NCBI GenBank assembly: GCA_017538365.1
Contig: JAFYIZ010000012.1
Span: 60,920-124,919 of the forward strand
Origin: a bacterium
GTDB taxonomy: Bacteria > UBP6 > UBA1177
DNA: 64,000 nt
Direction: 5' to 3'
Shown: positions 20,101 to 29,460 of the stretch, one piece after another
Position numbering within the stretch: the stretch's first letter is position 1
Layout: each line of letters opens with the position of its first letter
Program-made: the position numbers and the translations under genes
The notes under the pieces: model-generated
Told to the model about the DNA's origin: nothing
What the model saw: only the letters and a program-made list of their open reading frames with translations
The model's database searches: none

Positions 20101-23100
20101 TATTGCCAGTTCCGAAATCGCAGCCTTCAAAACGCTGATTGCGCTTTTTGTCGCCGCACGTAAAAGGAACAAGGTCGACTCCGCAGTCGTTGCAGAAATT
20201 GGTTAAACCGGCTTTAGCAAGAGACAGCGACCTTGCATCACCTTTCAATACGCCGCCTTCTTCTTTTAAATCACAGTACTCGGGACCGCTGAGTTCATTA
20301 GGTGATTCAAGAGGATTCAAAGAATCGTACAATTTAAAGCCTTCACCGTGAATTTCTCCGTCACCGCATTTTCCATAAGAGGTTTTGCAGTCTGATGTGC
20401 AGTAATCGCCGTCTTCGGTATTTCCGTCATCGCACTTTTCTATTGATGTCTGAATTACAGTATCACCGCATCTTGCATAAGTTCCGTCAGCTATTGTATT
20501 CTTTTTGCAGGTCGTGCTGCAGTATGCTTCAGATGAGTTGTCACTGTGGGCATCTGCACCGTCATCACACTCTTCCAACTGTGTAATCTCATGGGTAATG
20601 GAATCTTCGTGTATCGCATAAGAATCGATAAGTCCGTCACCGCAGCGTGATGTTCCGGGTGTTATATCGTTATTGTTCCTATGCTGTTTGCGGGCACAGC
20701 CTGACAGCCAGCAATTCAGCTGACCTTCCTCGGTACAGCGTGGTGAAGAGTTACTGCAGGTTCCGCTGCTGCAAAGACCTGTGCAGTATGTGCCGATTCC
20801 GTCGCTGCCGCCGTCACGCTCTTCGCCGTCGAGATCGAAGTATGTTCCGCTATCTCCTTTAACATAGTTATCACACTGCTCACCGGCAATAGTATCAATT
20901 TTACCGTCGCCGCAAGAACCGAAAACGTTCCAGCACCTTTTCTGAGATGATGCATCAAATATACAATACTTGTTGGTTTCCAGACAAGCCTCGTATGCTG
21001 CTCTTTCCGTGGTAGCGCGGTTAGGATATTGTTCAGCGCAGCCGCAGTCTGCATCCTTACAGTATTCGCATCTTTCGATCTGTTCAGCTGAACTGCACCA
21101 TGTGTCAGAAACATCACTGGCAGCTGCATTGTCTTTGCAGAGCTGAACCGCAAGTTCTTTCGGAGAGAGATATCTCGTTGTCATACTCAATCTATCCGCA
21201 TAGGGATACTTGCAGTTTTGGTCGCCTTCGCCGCCCTCTCTGAGTTTGGTATCGTAGCAGCAGTGAAGAACACCGTCGTCAAACTTGTCAGCCACTGCCG
21301 CATTGGTTGTCAAAAGATCTTTAAGAGCCGAGCAAGAGTATGTGTGAGATCCGTCGCAGTCGACAATTCCTTTTTTCGCCATATCCTGCAGCTGAGTCGT
21401 GGTCATACCGACGAGCTCTTCGCAGAGGTACGAACGTGTGAAAGCAAAAACTCCGTCGTTGCATCTGTTGAACGTGCAGTCGTTCTTGCAGGAATCGTGA
21501 TCGTTGTCGTTTCCGTCGTCACACTCTTCATTGGCATCTTTGTCCAAAACGCCGTCGCCGCATCTTGAAACAGTACAGTTCGGACGGCAGACCGCCTTTC
21601 TCTTTTCGGAATTCGTGTTGTAGACCGGATTGCCGCTGTCGTCTTTGCAGATATCGAAAAGCGTTCCGTCTTTCAGTGTGGTCTGATAAGTTCCCGTAAC
21701 CGCCATATCATAGGAACCAGGCGCACCGCAGTCACATCCTTCGAGATAACGTTCGACATCTTTCGTTTTAGGAACTTTATTACCGTTTACGTAAATAAAT
21801 TCACCTGTTTCAGGATTTGTCTCGTAAATAATATTTCCGTCATCATCAGTCAACGGAACCTTGTCAATGGTAAAGGCATCCTTATCCCAAATACCGTCAC
21901 CGCATCTTGAAGGTTTGCAGTTAGTTCTGCATGTTCCGTAGTTGCTGGAAGTAATATCTAAAAGTTTACCGGTCCTCGGCGTGTTGTTGTTGTCATCTCC
22001 GTTATCGCAAAGTTCAGGATCTGCGCCGTCAAAGCTGTTCGGAACATTGCAGTTCGTACTGCCTTCAGCACACGATGTTGTATCGAGTATTCCGTCGCCG
22101 CAGCGCGGTCCGAGTTCAACACATCCGGGTTCGCAGCCGTTGTATACATTTGCTTTATTATTGCTGATATCGTTACTGGAGCCTTTGTCGCATATTTCCT
22201 CAGCACCACCGATACCGTTTACACAGTCGTATCCGTTGTATTTTCCGTTTTCACAACCACTCATTCTCTGGACAACACCGTCACCGCAGTAGTTGATCCA
22301 TTTGCAGCCAGCCTGACAGTCAGTCATGTATGAAGATGACGAATCTTTGAAGAGCGAATTGCCGTTTTCATCGTATCCGGGATCGCACATTTCTTCAGAA
22401 GTATCGTTCGCATTCTTATAAGAAAGATGCTCAATGTCATAAAAACTGAATGCTCTGACACGGAAACGCGTTCCCTCTGCACCTTCCATACGTAATATGA
22501 CTTTACCGGTCTTTGTTTCCGGAGCCCAGTTTCGAGATGTCGTGCCGAGACCTTTAATCGGAGAACTGTTCCTGCCGTGATACCATTTGCCGGAAATATA
22601 TGTTCCTGACGGATTGTTGATATCAACGAAATAGAACGGGCTGGGATTTGAAGACGCTTCGGTAAGCTCACTACCGGACTCGTTGTATTCCCTCATACCG
22701 GCATCAAATGCAACTTCCTCGTCAGCTACCGGAATAAGCATCAGATCGAGTTCCATCAAATATCTTACAGACGGATCGATATCAAAAGATTCTTTGAATG
22801 TCGCTGTTGCCGGATTTTCCGAGGTAGTATCTTCAGTGAGTGTGAAAAGAAGCGCGTAATTGTGAATATCGTATTCAACCGTAACACCGCTCAAATCCCA
22901 TTTTGCCGCGGGGTTATATGTGGTTATAATGCTTCCGCCGCCGGTAGTCACTGTTTTTCCGACCCAGTTTTCAAACTGCTTGTTAAGACCGTTATCAACC
23001 GTGCCGTCACCGCAGTATCTGCCGAAAACACAGCAGCGTTTGTCGCCCCAGGTGGTGTATTCCCCGTCACAGCCTTCTTCTGCGACACATGATTGACCGT

Positions 23101-26100
23101 ATTCAACACTATAAGCCTTATCCAGCGGCTTGTTTCCTTCCATACCGTCACCGCGATCGCACTCTTCGAATTTGCCGGGGTAAATTTCGTTGATTTTCGG
23201 AATTTCTCCGCCGCACTTAGCAATATCCTTACAGCCTTCACAGTGACCGTATGTTCCGTTGTAGCCACCTTCGTCGCAGGTTTCCCAACCGCCGCTGACA
23301 TAAATGACATATCCTTCGGATGCGCTCCAGCTTCCGATGCTCGGACAGTAGTTGTCAACTGTCAGTCCTGTGCAAGATTCTTCTCCTTTTTCAATATACT
23401 CGTTGTTGCACTCATATCTTTCTTTGCAGTCAAGACGGCAGCTGCCGTAAGCCTTGCCGTTGTAGTTTGCAGTTCCTGCAGCAATCGTGTACTTGCCGTT
23501 TTTGTATTCGACATTCGGAAGTCCGTTGTCGCAGTTTTCTCCGGTTGCAAGATCGCCCGGGTTGCTCTCACCTACAGGAATATCACCGCAGTAAGGCGCT
23601 TTAGCAGTTTTGCAGTCGGCAGAACAGCCTGGATTGTCATTAACGAACTGTTTGTATTTGTAGACACATTCCGCAAATTTCTCATGAATTGCGTTAACCG
23701 GGAATTTTACTCCGTTGATTTCCTCATAGCAGTCAGCTCCAGCCGAAGTATTGATGAATTCTTCGAATGTTATCGGTCTGCCGTTCAAGACAGTAACATT
23801 ACCTTCGTCATCTTCAACGACACCGAGGTCGCAGACTTCCTGCGCAGGATTATCACCGCCGAGTTTAGCCTGGCAGTCAGCAACACTCTCGAAACCGTTC
23901 TGTTCAAAGAAATCATCCCGACTTGAATAACCGTTTGCAGCAAGCGTCGATGCATTAGCCGTACAAAGTGTTATATTCTGGATTTTTCCGTCGCCGCAGC
24001 GCGGTCCGAGAGCATCAGTACCGCCAATACCGCAGGTTACACTTGCGCAGCCCGGACACTTTACTTCGTCCGACTGGCAGTGGGTTTCATAGTGGCCGTT
24101 TTTATCTTTGCTGTCGCACTTTTCATCCAGTGCTGACTGAATAAAACCGTCACCGCAGTAAGCACTCGTGCAGTCTTTCTTGCAGGAACCGGTATCGACA
24201 TTGGCTGCTCCGCCATCGTCGCACTCTTCGTTCGCACCGGGGACTTCTTCGCAGTTAGGATCGCCTGTGCAGTCAGAACGCTGAATTTTACCGTCGCCGC
24301 AGTAACCCTTTTCTGTCCTCGTTTTCTGGCAGCCTACACAAATGTAGCAGAAATCGTCTTCGATTGTCGGTTTCCCGAACTCTCTGCTCGAATTGTATTC
24401 AGGGCAGACGCTTCTTTCGAGTTTATGGCTGCAGTTAACACTTACAGAATCATCGTAATAGTAGAAACCTACACCGCAGTCGCACTGTTCCGACAGAGAC
24501 AAAATATTGTTCGTAGAGAAACTGTATTTTTCGCAGGCAAGACCGGCACCTTCATGGCCCTCGGTTACAACGCCGTTTTCGCAGTATTCGCTCTGGATTT
24601 TACTGTCGCCGCATTTCGGCGGATCAGCAGGATATTTCTGGCAGGGCTCGTAGAGCTGTCCGTTCTTCGTGATCTCTTCTCTTGCACAGAGTTCGCAGCT
24701 GGAGTTGTTGTAACCGCATACTCTGTTGAACCAGTCGTTTTCACAGTTTTCCCTAAAATCGCCGTCAAACGTCTGATAACCGTCGCCGCATATATTCGTG
24801 ATGACAAAAGGTCTCTCGGTCGGAGCGATCGCAATTGCCGTAGCAGTTGTCGAAGCCTCGTTTACACCGTAAGCCGTTACGAAATAAGGCGGAAGCGCAC
24901 AATCCGATATATCCGGGAATGTATTCAAGCCCGAATTTACAGCGTTATAGTAAGCCGTAATCTTTTCATCGCTGCACTGAACATTCTCAATGCTCATAAT
25001 AAGAGCGGCAAGATCTTCCTTGCCTGCAGTAACATCACCGTTCCACTTGATTTCAAAAGCGTGCGGAGCCGGATCACTCTTGAAGTTACAGTTGTTGTAG
25101 ATTTCATTTGCCTTGCTTCCGCTTGTCGGCTTGATATCAGTTTGGCCGTACTTTATACCTTTGCTACCGCCGAGTCCCGGAATATTCATAATATAATCTG
25201 AAGCCGGCAGCATCGCGGCAACATTTTTCTTGCTGCCGCTGTTGTCGGTGATTTCGAAGTAGATTGCAAGAGACTGCTCATCGTCATCCTTGTCGCAAGC
25301 CCAGCCTGAGAAAGTCTGTTCAAGCGTTGGAGCATCATTATCGAAAATTCCGGAAAGCGTCGAACCTTTGACACAGATGACACGGTGTCTTCTTGCCGTG
25401 GTGTCGACAGTTTCTGCGCATGCTTCACCGACGCAGCCTTTCAAAGCGCGGTACGAACGACCGTCTTCCATATTGACAGCCCATGTAAACTTAGCACTGT
25501 CCTCTTTTTCGCTTACGACAGTGTTGTATGACCAGAACCAGTTGTTTCTGACGCACTTATTGTCAATACAGAGGAAACTTCCGTCAGCTTTGCACTTCAA
25601 ATCACCGAAAGGATCTATTGAAACACATCTGCCGCCGATACAATCCATATAATCATCATGGCACGGATCGCTGTCTTCCGGATTGCATGTAGCATAAGTA
25701 CTTTCGGTCTTCGAACAGGTCTCGCTGTTCGGCACACCTCTGCTGTATTCAAGATCAGGATATGCCGTTGCAGGATCGTAAAGGTCGAAATCGACAATCG
25801 AATAAAGCTGGTTGATGTTCGGAAGCGTCCAGCCGCCCATCGCCTCGCCGCAAGTCTGACCTTCACTATTGGTAAACGAACAGATTCCGGCGACTTCAAC
25901 GGTTTCACCGTCCAAAATCGTAGTTTTCGGTATTGTGGTGATAGTATAAGTTTTGTTGCAGTATTTCGGGCGATATGGTGTTCCGCCGCAGACAACCCTT
26001 TCGGTATATGTGGTCGGGCAGATTTTCGCATCAGCCAGAGTTATTGAGGAATCTTCGCAGCGGTTGTAGGAACAGTCGCAGTCGTATGAGTTCGGGTTTG

Positions 26101-29100
26101 AAGTGTCGCAGTGTTTACCGTAACCTTCGTCTTTCAAATTACCGTTTACACAGTCGACATTGACAGGACTGCCGCCCGACAACTGAATTTTTCTGCATTT
26201 GTCCGGGTTGTTCGGGTCCTGAATCCAGCCCTCAGCCGTACACTTGTTGACCTTGTCGGCAAAATTCGTGTAGCACTTGAGCGTGGAACCTTCCGTAATC
26301 AGGTAACCTTCAGACGGACATTCCCTTTTGCAGTAATATTCCGGATCAGTTCCGCCTTCTCCGCCTGTGTGACCGAGGGTGTATCCGGTATTACACGTCT
26401 GGCACTTGCCGTTAAAGTATTCTCCGGAAGAGCAACTGTAGCAGTGATATTCCCCGTCATACCAGACAAGGGAACCGTTCTTGCACTTGTAGCATTTTCC
26501 GTCTGATCCTACATAATTGTAACCGTCCGGGCAGATTTTCTCCGGATCTTTCCACTGTGCCGCACTCGCAACCGATCCGTCCGGATTGGTTGCTGTCGCA
26601 TAGTAAAAATTCGAATCAGGTATCGCCCCGATCCATTCGATGAGGTTACCTTCATCATCGAAGACATATTTGTTTACCGTTGCACAGCATGTACCCTCTT
26701 GCGCGTTTTTATTCTTTTGCATACGGCACAGCGGATATTTTGTTGTTCCGGTAGTTCTGACTCTTTTATCAACCCAATAAGTGCCCCATTGCTGAATATC
26801 ACCTTCATAAATATATTTGTAGCAGTTTGAATATTCACACCTTCCGTCATCTTCTTCCAATGTTCTCAACGGCGAAGTCGGGCATCTCTTGTCTGCACTG
26901 TAATAATTGTTTGAAGTCGGATTCTTCTCAACGACATCGTCATAAACATTGTATCCGACTTCGTCGTTGCTCAGGCATCTTCCGTCAGACTGCTCGGTGT
27001 AGCCGGCAGGACATCCCGGTGAAACGATGCCTTCGTTGCAGCCGACTTCCCTGCCGACACATTTCTGTTCATCAGCAGGTTTACATTCCGTGGAAGTGCT
27101 ATACTTGTAACACTTGTTGTCTGCTTCCAGCACGTAACCAGACTTACATGTACAGCAGTATTTAAATGTAAAATTTGCACTACTCAGTTCATTTTTGTAT
27201 GTCCACACATAACCGTCTGGACAATAATACCTATATTTGAGAAGATGACCTTCATAGTAGGATTCGGATACAGCTTTTCTGCATTGCTGATCAGGAGTAT
27301 TGGGACCGTCTGCAATCCCTGTAGTAATCGTGAGGGTATCGTCGCATACACTGCCGTTGTAATAGCATTTTCCCCAGTAATCGGATTCATCCTGATTCAG
27401 AACCGTTCCAGTTGAAGAAACTTTTTTCTGGAGCTCAGAATAATTCGTGCTGCAAACCGGTGGCTGACACTGTATCGCCGCACCTTTGAATCTGCAGAAA
27501 TCACCTCCGGCAATATCGTCGTAGTTGCTTTGCGGAGAAGGACAGATACGTTCAGGACATTTAAGAACGTTGCCTTCACTGCCGCCGACAGAGTATTCAC
27601 GGCACTTGTTGATAGCTTTCTGCCAGCTGTCAACCCACTCGCCCGTATCGGCGAACTGCAGCTGCGTCGCATTATCGGTAACAACTTCATCGCCGCCGAA
27701 CTTGGTTATCTTGAACCTCGTTTTGACGTCTCCGCTCTCTGTGTAATAAGAATAAGTGAGGGTATGACCGTCCGGATTGCAGTCTGAATCAGAAATATAG
27801 ACGCTTATCAAATCCGGTCCGAAAGTACCTTCATCATCGTCGTAATCGTCGGAATTGGCGAAATATGCGAGCTGACCGGTTCCCTGAGCAAGAGTTTTGC
27901 CGCCGCAGCCGTTGCCCTGCCTAATCGTGATGATTGAAGTTGAACTGTTTGACTTGAAAAGGTATTTAGAGCCTCTTTTCAAAGAAAAAGAAGCATATTT
28001 TTTCGAATCAAGATCGATGTGACCACCATCTCCAAAATTATCAGAGCTTTCGTCATCGGAATCGACGATTTCCGCACCGGACTGCATTCCTTCGCAACCC
28101 TGACAGTCATAGCGCTGCCAGTGAAGAGGATATGTGTAAATATAGGACGCAACAACACACGGTGAATCGGCCTGTGCCGGGTTACATGAAGACGATGCAA
28201 CAACCGGGAAACCGTCATCATCAGTAACGACCGTTTTGGAGCCGTCGCCGTTTACTGTCGCCTGATATGTTCCGACAGTCGTGTCGAAACAGCTGAGCCA
28301 GTTGTTGTCACCGGTAACGGGGTTTTTCTGCGGAGCACACTGATAGCAGTTGTACTCGCTGAAAAGAAGCGTTACTTTGCCGTTAAAGTTTGACTGCCAC
28401 TCAAGAACGGTCTGTTTTGTTCCGACAGGGCAGTAAGTATTACCGTTTTCGATGTATGAAACTTCGGAATCATCGCCGTAAGCAAGGAAATCGCCGCATG
28501 CGTCTTCTTCGCCGGCGTTGTTGACTGTGCCTTTGAAAAGAGTGAGCTGAGTATCGTGAATCGCAGATTTGCATGTCGACCATCTGTAAATCTGGTTTTC
28601 CTTGACCTCGAAAGTGATATAGCTTCCGGGTTTGATCCAGCTGTCGAGATCGGCATCAGTGTAATTGGCAGCACCGAACTCCTGAATTGCGGTCCATGAA
28701 GGAGCCGTGGCAACATTGTCTGCCTTCGCCGCATTGCCGCCGGAGAGTTTGAAATCACTGGAAGCACCGCAGACATCGCAGTGTTCCGATGAAGTCCTGC
28801 GCCATTTTACGGTCGTGGTCTGGTTGCCTGTTGTTTTCTGGCACTCCTTGAATTCACCGGTATATGCACCACCGGCTGTTTTCTGAGCTTCGTAGTTCGT
28901 GACAAGAAGAACTACGCTTCCCGTGAAAGTCGCCTTCCATTCAAGCTGCGACTGGTTTCTGTAACCGTCGGAATTGCTGTATGCCAGGAAATTAGCGGTA
29001 GTCGAGCATGCATTACCATCAATAAGAGTAAGCTCTGTATCGAAAGGAAGCAGACAGTAGCCGTCAACACAGCGGAGACCTGTGTCGGATGACAACTCGT

Positions 29101-29446
29101 AACTTACAGCACATTCGTTATCGGAATCACACGGTTTTGCATAGTCACCGGTGAAAGCATCTTCCTTGCCTTCGGTTGACCACTGGTAGATTTCACCTTC
29201 TACAACCGAAAAACGGAGATAATCGCCGCCGTGAACACGTACCGTCGTCGTGACCTCAGTCCATGAAGGAGAGTAAGTCGGATCGTTGAAGGGTGCAACG
29301 TTGTAGCTGTCGCCCGTGCTGCATCCGTTCATTTTGTGACAACCGTCATTCGATGCAGTGGCCGCAAGAAGCTGCGCACTGAAGAGGAAAAACGCACATA
29401 AAGCAAAAATTATCGTTTTTGCCGCGAAATTCTTTGTATTTTTCAT
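14180..29446 (-). CDS. Giant secreted multidomain protein (about 5089 aa): Myxococcus-type cysteine-rich repeats (CGDG…CDDGN), glycine-rich domain, eight tandem W/C repeats, C-terminal LamG/concanavalin-like lectin domain
   Basis: Signal peptide MKNTKNFAAKTIIFALCAFFLFSAQLLA. GGAGGG RBS before the ATG at 29446. Repeats such as RCGDGVLDKDANEECDDGNDNDHDSC. Gly-rich TYTYKTPVTGIYTITVKGARGGHG…GGGGGGGGKGG. Last gene of the minus-strand pilus string. Confidence 0.8.
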   Translation of the reverse strand: MKNTKNFAAKTIIFALCAFFLFSAQLLAATASNDGCHKMNGCSTGDSYNVAPFNDPTYSPSWTEVTTTVRVHGGDYLRFSVVEGEIYQWSTEGKEDAFTGDYAKPCDSDNECAVSYELSSDTGLRCVDGYCLLPFDTELTLIDGNACSTTANFLAYSNSDGYRNQSQLEWKATFTGSVVLLVTNYEAQKTAGGAYTGEFKECQKTTGNQTTTVKWRRTSSEHCDVCGASSDFKLSGGNAAKADNVATAPSWTAIQEFGAANYTDADLDSWIKPGSYITFEVKENQIYRWSTCKSAIHDTQLTLFKGTVNNAGEEDACGDFLAYGDDSEVSYIENGNTYCPVGTKQTVLEWQSNFNGKVTLLFSEYNCYQCAPQKNPVTGDNNWLSCFDTTVGTYQATVNGDGSKTVVTDDDGFPVVASSSCNPAQADSPCVVASYIYTYPLHWQRYDCQGCEGMQSGAEIVDSDDESSDNFGDGGHIDLDSKKYASFSLKRGSKYLFKSNSSTSIITIRQGNGCGGKTLAQGTGQLAYFANSDDYDDDEGTFGPDLISVYISDSDCNPDGHTLTYSYYTESGDVKTRFKITKFGGDEVVTDNATQLQFADTGEWVDSWQKAINKCREYSVGGSEGNVLKCPERICPSPQSNYDDIAGGDFCRFKGAAIQCQPPVCSTNYSELQKKVSSTGTVLNQDESDYWGKCYYNGSVCDDTLTITTGIADGPNTPDQQCRKAVSESYYEGHLLKYRYYCPDGYVWTYKNELSSANFTFKYCCTCKSGYVLEADNKCYKYSTSTECKPADEQKCVGREVGCNEGIVSPGCPAGYTEQSDGRCLSNDEVGYNVYDDVVEKNPTSNNYYSADKRCPTSPLRTLEEDDGRCEYSNCYKYIYEGDIQQWGTYWVDKRVRTTGTTKYPLCRMQKNKNAQEGTCCATVNKYVFDDEGNLIEWIGAIPDSNFYYATATNPDGSVASAAQWKDPEKICPDGYNYVGSDGKCYKCKNGSLVWYDGEYHCYSCSSGEYFNGKCQTCNTGYTLGHTGGEGGTDPEYYCKRECPSEGYLITEGSTLKCYTNFADKVNKCTAEGWIQDPNNPDKCRKIQLSGGSPVNVDCVNGNLKDEGYGKHCDTSNPNSYDCDCSYNRCEDSSITLADAKICPTTYTERVVCGGTPYRPKYCNKTYTITTIPKTTILDGETVEVAGICSFTNSEGQTCGEAMGGWTLPNINQLYSIVDFDLYDPATAYPDLEYSRGVPNSETCSKTESTYATCNPEDSDPCHDDYMDCIGGRCVSIDPFGDLKCKADGSFLCIDNKCVRNNWFWSYNTVVSEKEDSAKFTWAVNMEDGRSYRALKGCVGEACAETVDTTARRHRVICVKGSTLSGIFDNDAPTLEQTFSGWACDKDDDEQSLAIYFEITDNSGSKKNVAAMLPASDYIMNIPGLGGSKGIKYGQTDIKPTSGSKANEIYNNCNFKSDPAPHAFEIKWNGDVTAGKEDLAALIMSIENVQCSDEKITAYYNAVNSGLNTFPDISDCALPPYFVTAYGVNEASTTATAIAIAPTERPFVITNICGDGYQTFDGDFRENCENDWFNRVCGYNNSSCELCAREEITKNGQLYEPCQKYPADPPKCGDSKIQSEYCENGVVTEGHEGAGLACEKYSFSTNNILSLSEQCDCGVGFYYYDDSVSVNCSHKLERSVCPEYNSSREFGKPTIEDDFCYICVGCQKTRTEKGYCGDGKIQRSDCTGDPNCEEVPGANEECDDGGAANVDTGSCKKDCTSAYCGDGFIQSALDEKCDSKDKNGHYETHCQSDEVKCPGCASVTCGIGGTDALGPRCGDGKIQNITLCTANASTLAANGYSSRDDFFEQNGFESVADCQAKLGGDNPAQEVCDLGVVEDDEGNVTVLNGRPITFEEFINTSAGADCYEEINGVKFPVNAIHEKFAECVYKYKQFVNDNPGCSADCKTAKAPYCGDIPVGESNPGDLATGENCDNGLPNVEYKNGKYTIAAGTANYNGKAYGSCRLDCKERYECNNEYIEKGEESCTGLTVDNYCPSIGSWSASEGYVIYVSGGWETCDEGGYNGTYGHCEGCKDIAKCGGEIPKINEIYPGKFEECDRGDGMEGNKPLDKAYSVEYGQSCVAEEGCDGEYTTWGDKRCCVFGRYCGDGTVDNGLNKQFENWVGKTVTTGGGSIITTYNPAAKWDLSGVTVEYDIHNYALLFTLTEDTTSENPATATFKESFDIDPSVRYLMELDLMLIPVADEEVAFDAGMREYNESGSELTEASSNPSPFYFVDINNPSGTYISGKWYHGRNSSPIKGLGTTSRNWAPETKTGKVILRMEGAEGTRFRVRAFSFYDIEHLSYKNANDTSEEMCDPGYDENGNSLFKDSSSSYMTDCQAGCKWINYCGDGVVQRMSGCENGKYNGYDCVNGIGGAEEICDKGSSNDISNNKANVYNGCEPGCVELGPRCGDGILDTTSCAEGSTNCNVPNSFDGADPELCDNGDDNNNTPRTGKLLDITSSNYGTCRTNCKPSRCGDGIWDKDAFTIDKVPLTDDDGNIIYETNPETGEFIYVNGNKVPKTKDVERYLEGCDCGAPGSYDMAVTGTYQTTLKDGTLFDICKDDSGNPVYNTNSEKRKAVCRPNCTVSRCGDGVLDKDANEECDDGNDNDHDSCKNDCTFNRCNDGVFAFTRSYLCEELVGMTTTQLQDMAKKGIVDCDGSHTYSCSALKDLLTTNAAVADKFDDGVLHCCYDTKLREGGEGDQNCKYPYADRLSMTTRYLSPKELAVQLCKDNAAASDVSDTWCSSAEQIERCEYCKDADCGCAEQYPNRATTERAAYEACLETNKYCIFDASSQKRCWNVFGSCGDGKIDTIAGEQCDNYVKGDSGTYFDLDGEERDGGSDGIGTYCTGLCSSGTCSNSSPRCTEEGQLNCWLSGCARKQHRNNNDITPGTSRCGDGLIDSYAIHEDSITHEITQLEECDDGADAHSDNSSEAYCSTTCKKNTIADGTYARCGDTVIQTSIEKCDDGNTEDGDYCTSDCKTSYGKCGDGEIHGEGFKLYDSLNPLESPNELSGPEYCDLKEEGGVLKGDARSLSLAKAGLTNFCNDCGVDLVPFTCGDKKRNQRFEGCDFGTGNNDGAIECSDAIKVSSNGTYQDFGLCTEKSLGTKCYSGCKSDAIGGLIQAVSFGVYGWACDPDHPMTHKDNFVILKFVDKDGTELEGSPVTLKTDWNFGENDEDLKGATDINGYAIDQNFTVKACGGGSKHGWFFNPSKATGVTFINGPYTVRAYARSLDSGEKTGGDTATDVTKMVFLGEASFVMSMSCGDRFTSKCSDITVRIKATNDDGTPTYKDISWEDNKVCVDSDLYDRPCSGYGLENGKACKSEKCDNGTNYNGSEYDCGSDCQWTKCGDSNVQSKAGTSYFSGYEFRPAANRAKPKDPEECEGSVTEGCDTVFKNKKPADGINNDLQSNETNCVAEKCKWNVNNVCKVQSDCPALSTAEMYVNNFGDGKLYKKEASTYIKYVNASGNNVPKYTRTWSGDFETGYWPTAETKVQHYSSSLTGAAATCAFECVDDLIWDGTKCVGRDGENGHGKLTHDCGTTACPDTVNGVWAGSTAGSPSSDQCYGGTTNPQIDYYTEIDGNGNIKAFHKNGNTKEYYSGSGPVAEYGSVANGKNCIYTCPTNSVYGSDKVCHIGGILHTCKTPANANTFTDNRVWVKVWKDENGHVKMEPLPESGEGAVLKIQRTLNSGCGNEGVECYYEPSETPDLDPIEVNDGEKGIIKQLNILGVYNEDDPDSTLKRCFYTCKSGYKMNDDGTACVSAVATEGAQCGGNTVIHSEHCDLITGTGMAGGRGCRFTPDAHELCEDKDNNGKYKTSGSTSYCKSDCGVSDEEAFLDCVENHPSDYKTACAAGQYGRIGAGKYSCGDGVVQYKSSETCFGVNCNMVTTENYPKADVSNFSESEQCDGADSRKNLCDRWLTMNNKPTSSSYYETTTSPGCTTACKLKDVSHNTCGFCGDGVVTSGKEACEATTEGIVFESDEVFDCKSETITSSGTAGTTYTYKTPVTGIYTITVKGARGGHGYHTQGNGGDGADGDGGSRAPGLVITAKYFIKAGQTLSYIFGGVGNGAASVGTRGYDAQTGGSGCHKGKDSSGGKEGHSSSYRSGAGGAGGGSSCVKIGTQTLIEAYGGGGGGGGKGGYWWYSDASAGDGASGSSGGSGGSGAGSYGADGGNGGNGGRYSDSSYSYYYPTTSGSDYYFVSGSYTTSTNDGSGSVTITLEKYAPCTDSCQFETNTSNFIAPNNKKIACTGLPVNAVWSSNNSTSKTITQSFSSGSWSPDNAGSYNTSTYADACYFKCASGYTYEDSQCINEKYVECTTKPTNSEWTYNNSNSQTIKQTWNGSGWTPSNTGSYNTTPDANQCRFKCKSGYTYEGGLCINKKTVSCGTIPSGAVPNTVSSITQNWTPSGGWQPAATWQYNTTGSTTECRYKCNTNYTWTDNSYCKADSHSADCSAKPANTDWNTVSSITQTWNGSSWQPSATSVYNTTASSTECRYKCINSFHTENSGVSCVSNTKTQNCGTLPANAEWNSVSSYQQNWTGSAWNPADSTLTHNDTASTTSCRFKCKTHYPWDSSSSTCKAETKTFTCSGKPANSVWTYTNSDTQTYTQTWNGSTFAPADSSASYGTSSSASTCKYKCNSGYDWKNNKCIKTHYSWGFESNLPGDWISQVSNTYWGRTSSGSYGLGNGLNSASLPGPKEGSYAMCSTNTGDYHGTVANLIVEVTIPSEYEKGTLSFSYTGTSEKNWDVFHVYLDPTQSDIDYNSNSCSNSATQIVCTYGSDHLTWNPVSISNLAPGKHRILFKYRKDGSVSTSADRYCIDNLTLDYVSCSDSLKSAPLYLKLNEGSGSTTANSGTAGGSYSISGGSWDSSGKRSKAYNFTGSTTVSTGISKYTNSFTMMAWVKVTSGYTITLDTGQYAGTSGQHYLFGANHEGGNAGAGLSVGTNGILATAHGDGYMPGLAVYSGDIGTGWRHVAVVFNNKTPSIYLDGVLVTTGSAASHGNVYSPTNIGSGSYGEFYGSVDDVRIIGSALSAEEVMAEYGKLATCSSL
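15380..16900 (-). repeat. Eight tandem ~62-aa intragenic repeats (C-x-LPANAxW…QxWxGSxWxP…YNT…C-x-FKC-x-GY) within the giant gene
   Basis: Seen in the translated protein just upstream of the LamG domain. Coordinates are approximate. Confidence 0.6.
16916..16941. repeat. In-frame (CCG)n trinucleotide tract (about 8 units) encoding poly-Gly in the giant protein
   Basis: ccgccgccgccgccgccgccgccg on the + strand = GGC codons on the coding strand. Confidence 0.6.
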
Positions 29447-29460
29447 TTTTCCCTCCACCG

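Noticed and set aside
14558-29458. Dozens of 60-300-aa ORFs on both strands inside the giant gene (for example 17762-18646, 23093-23926, 24425-25201)
   Set aside because: All are embedded in an uninterrupted 15-kb reading frame with coherent domain and repeat structure. Their translations are Cys/Arg/Ser-rich frame-shift artefacts.
29447-29458. Upstream start MEGKM… for the giant gene, as given in the ORF track
   Set aside because: The GGAGGG Shine-Dalgarno sits between the two ATGs and only the downstream Met begins a signal peptide. Start was set at 29446.
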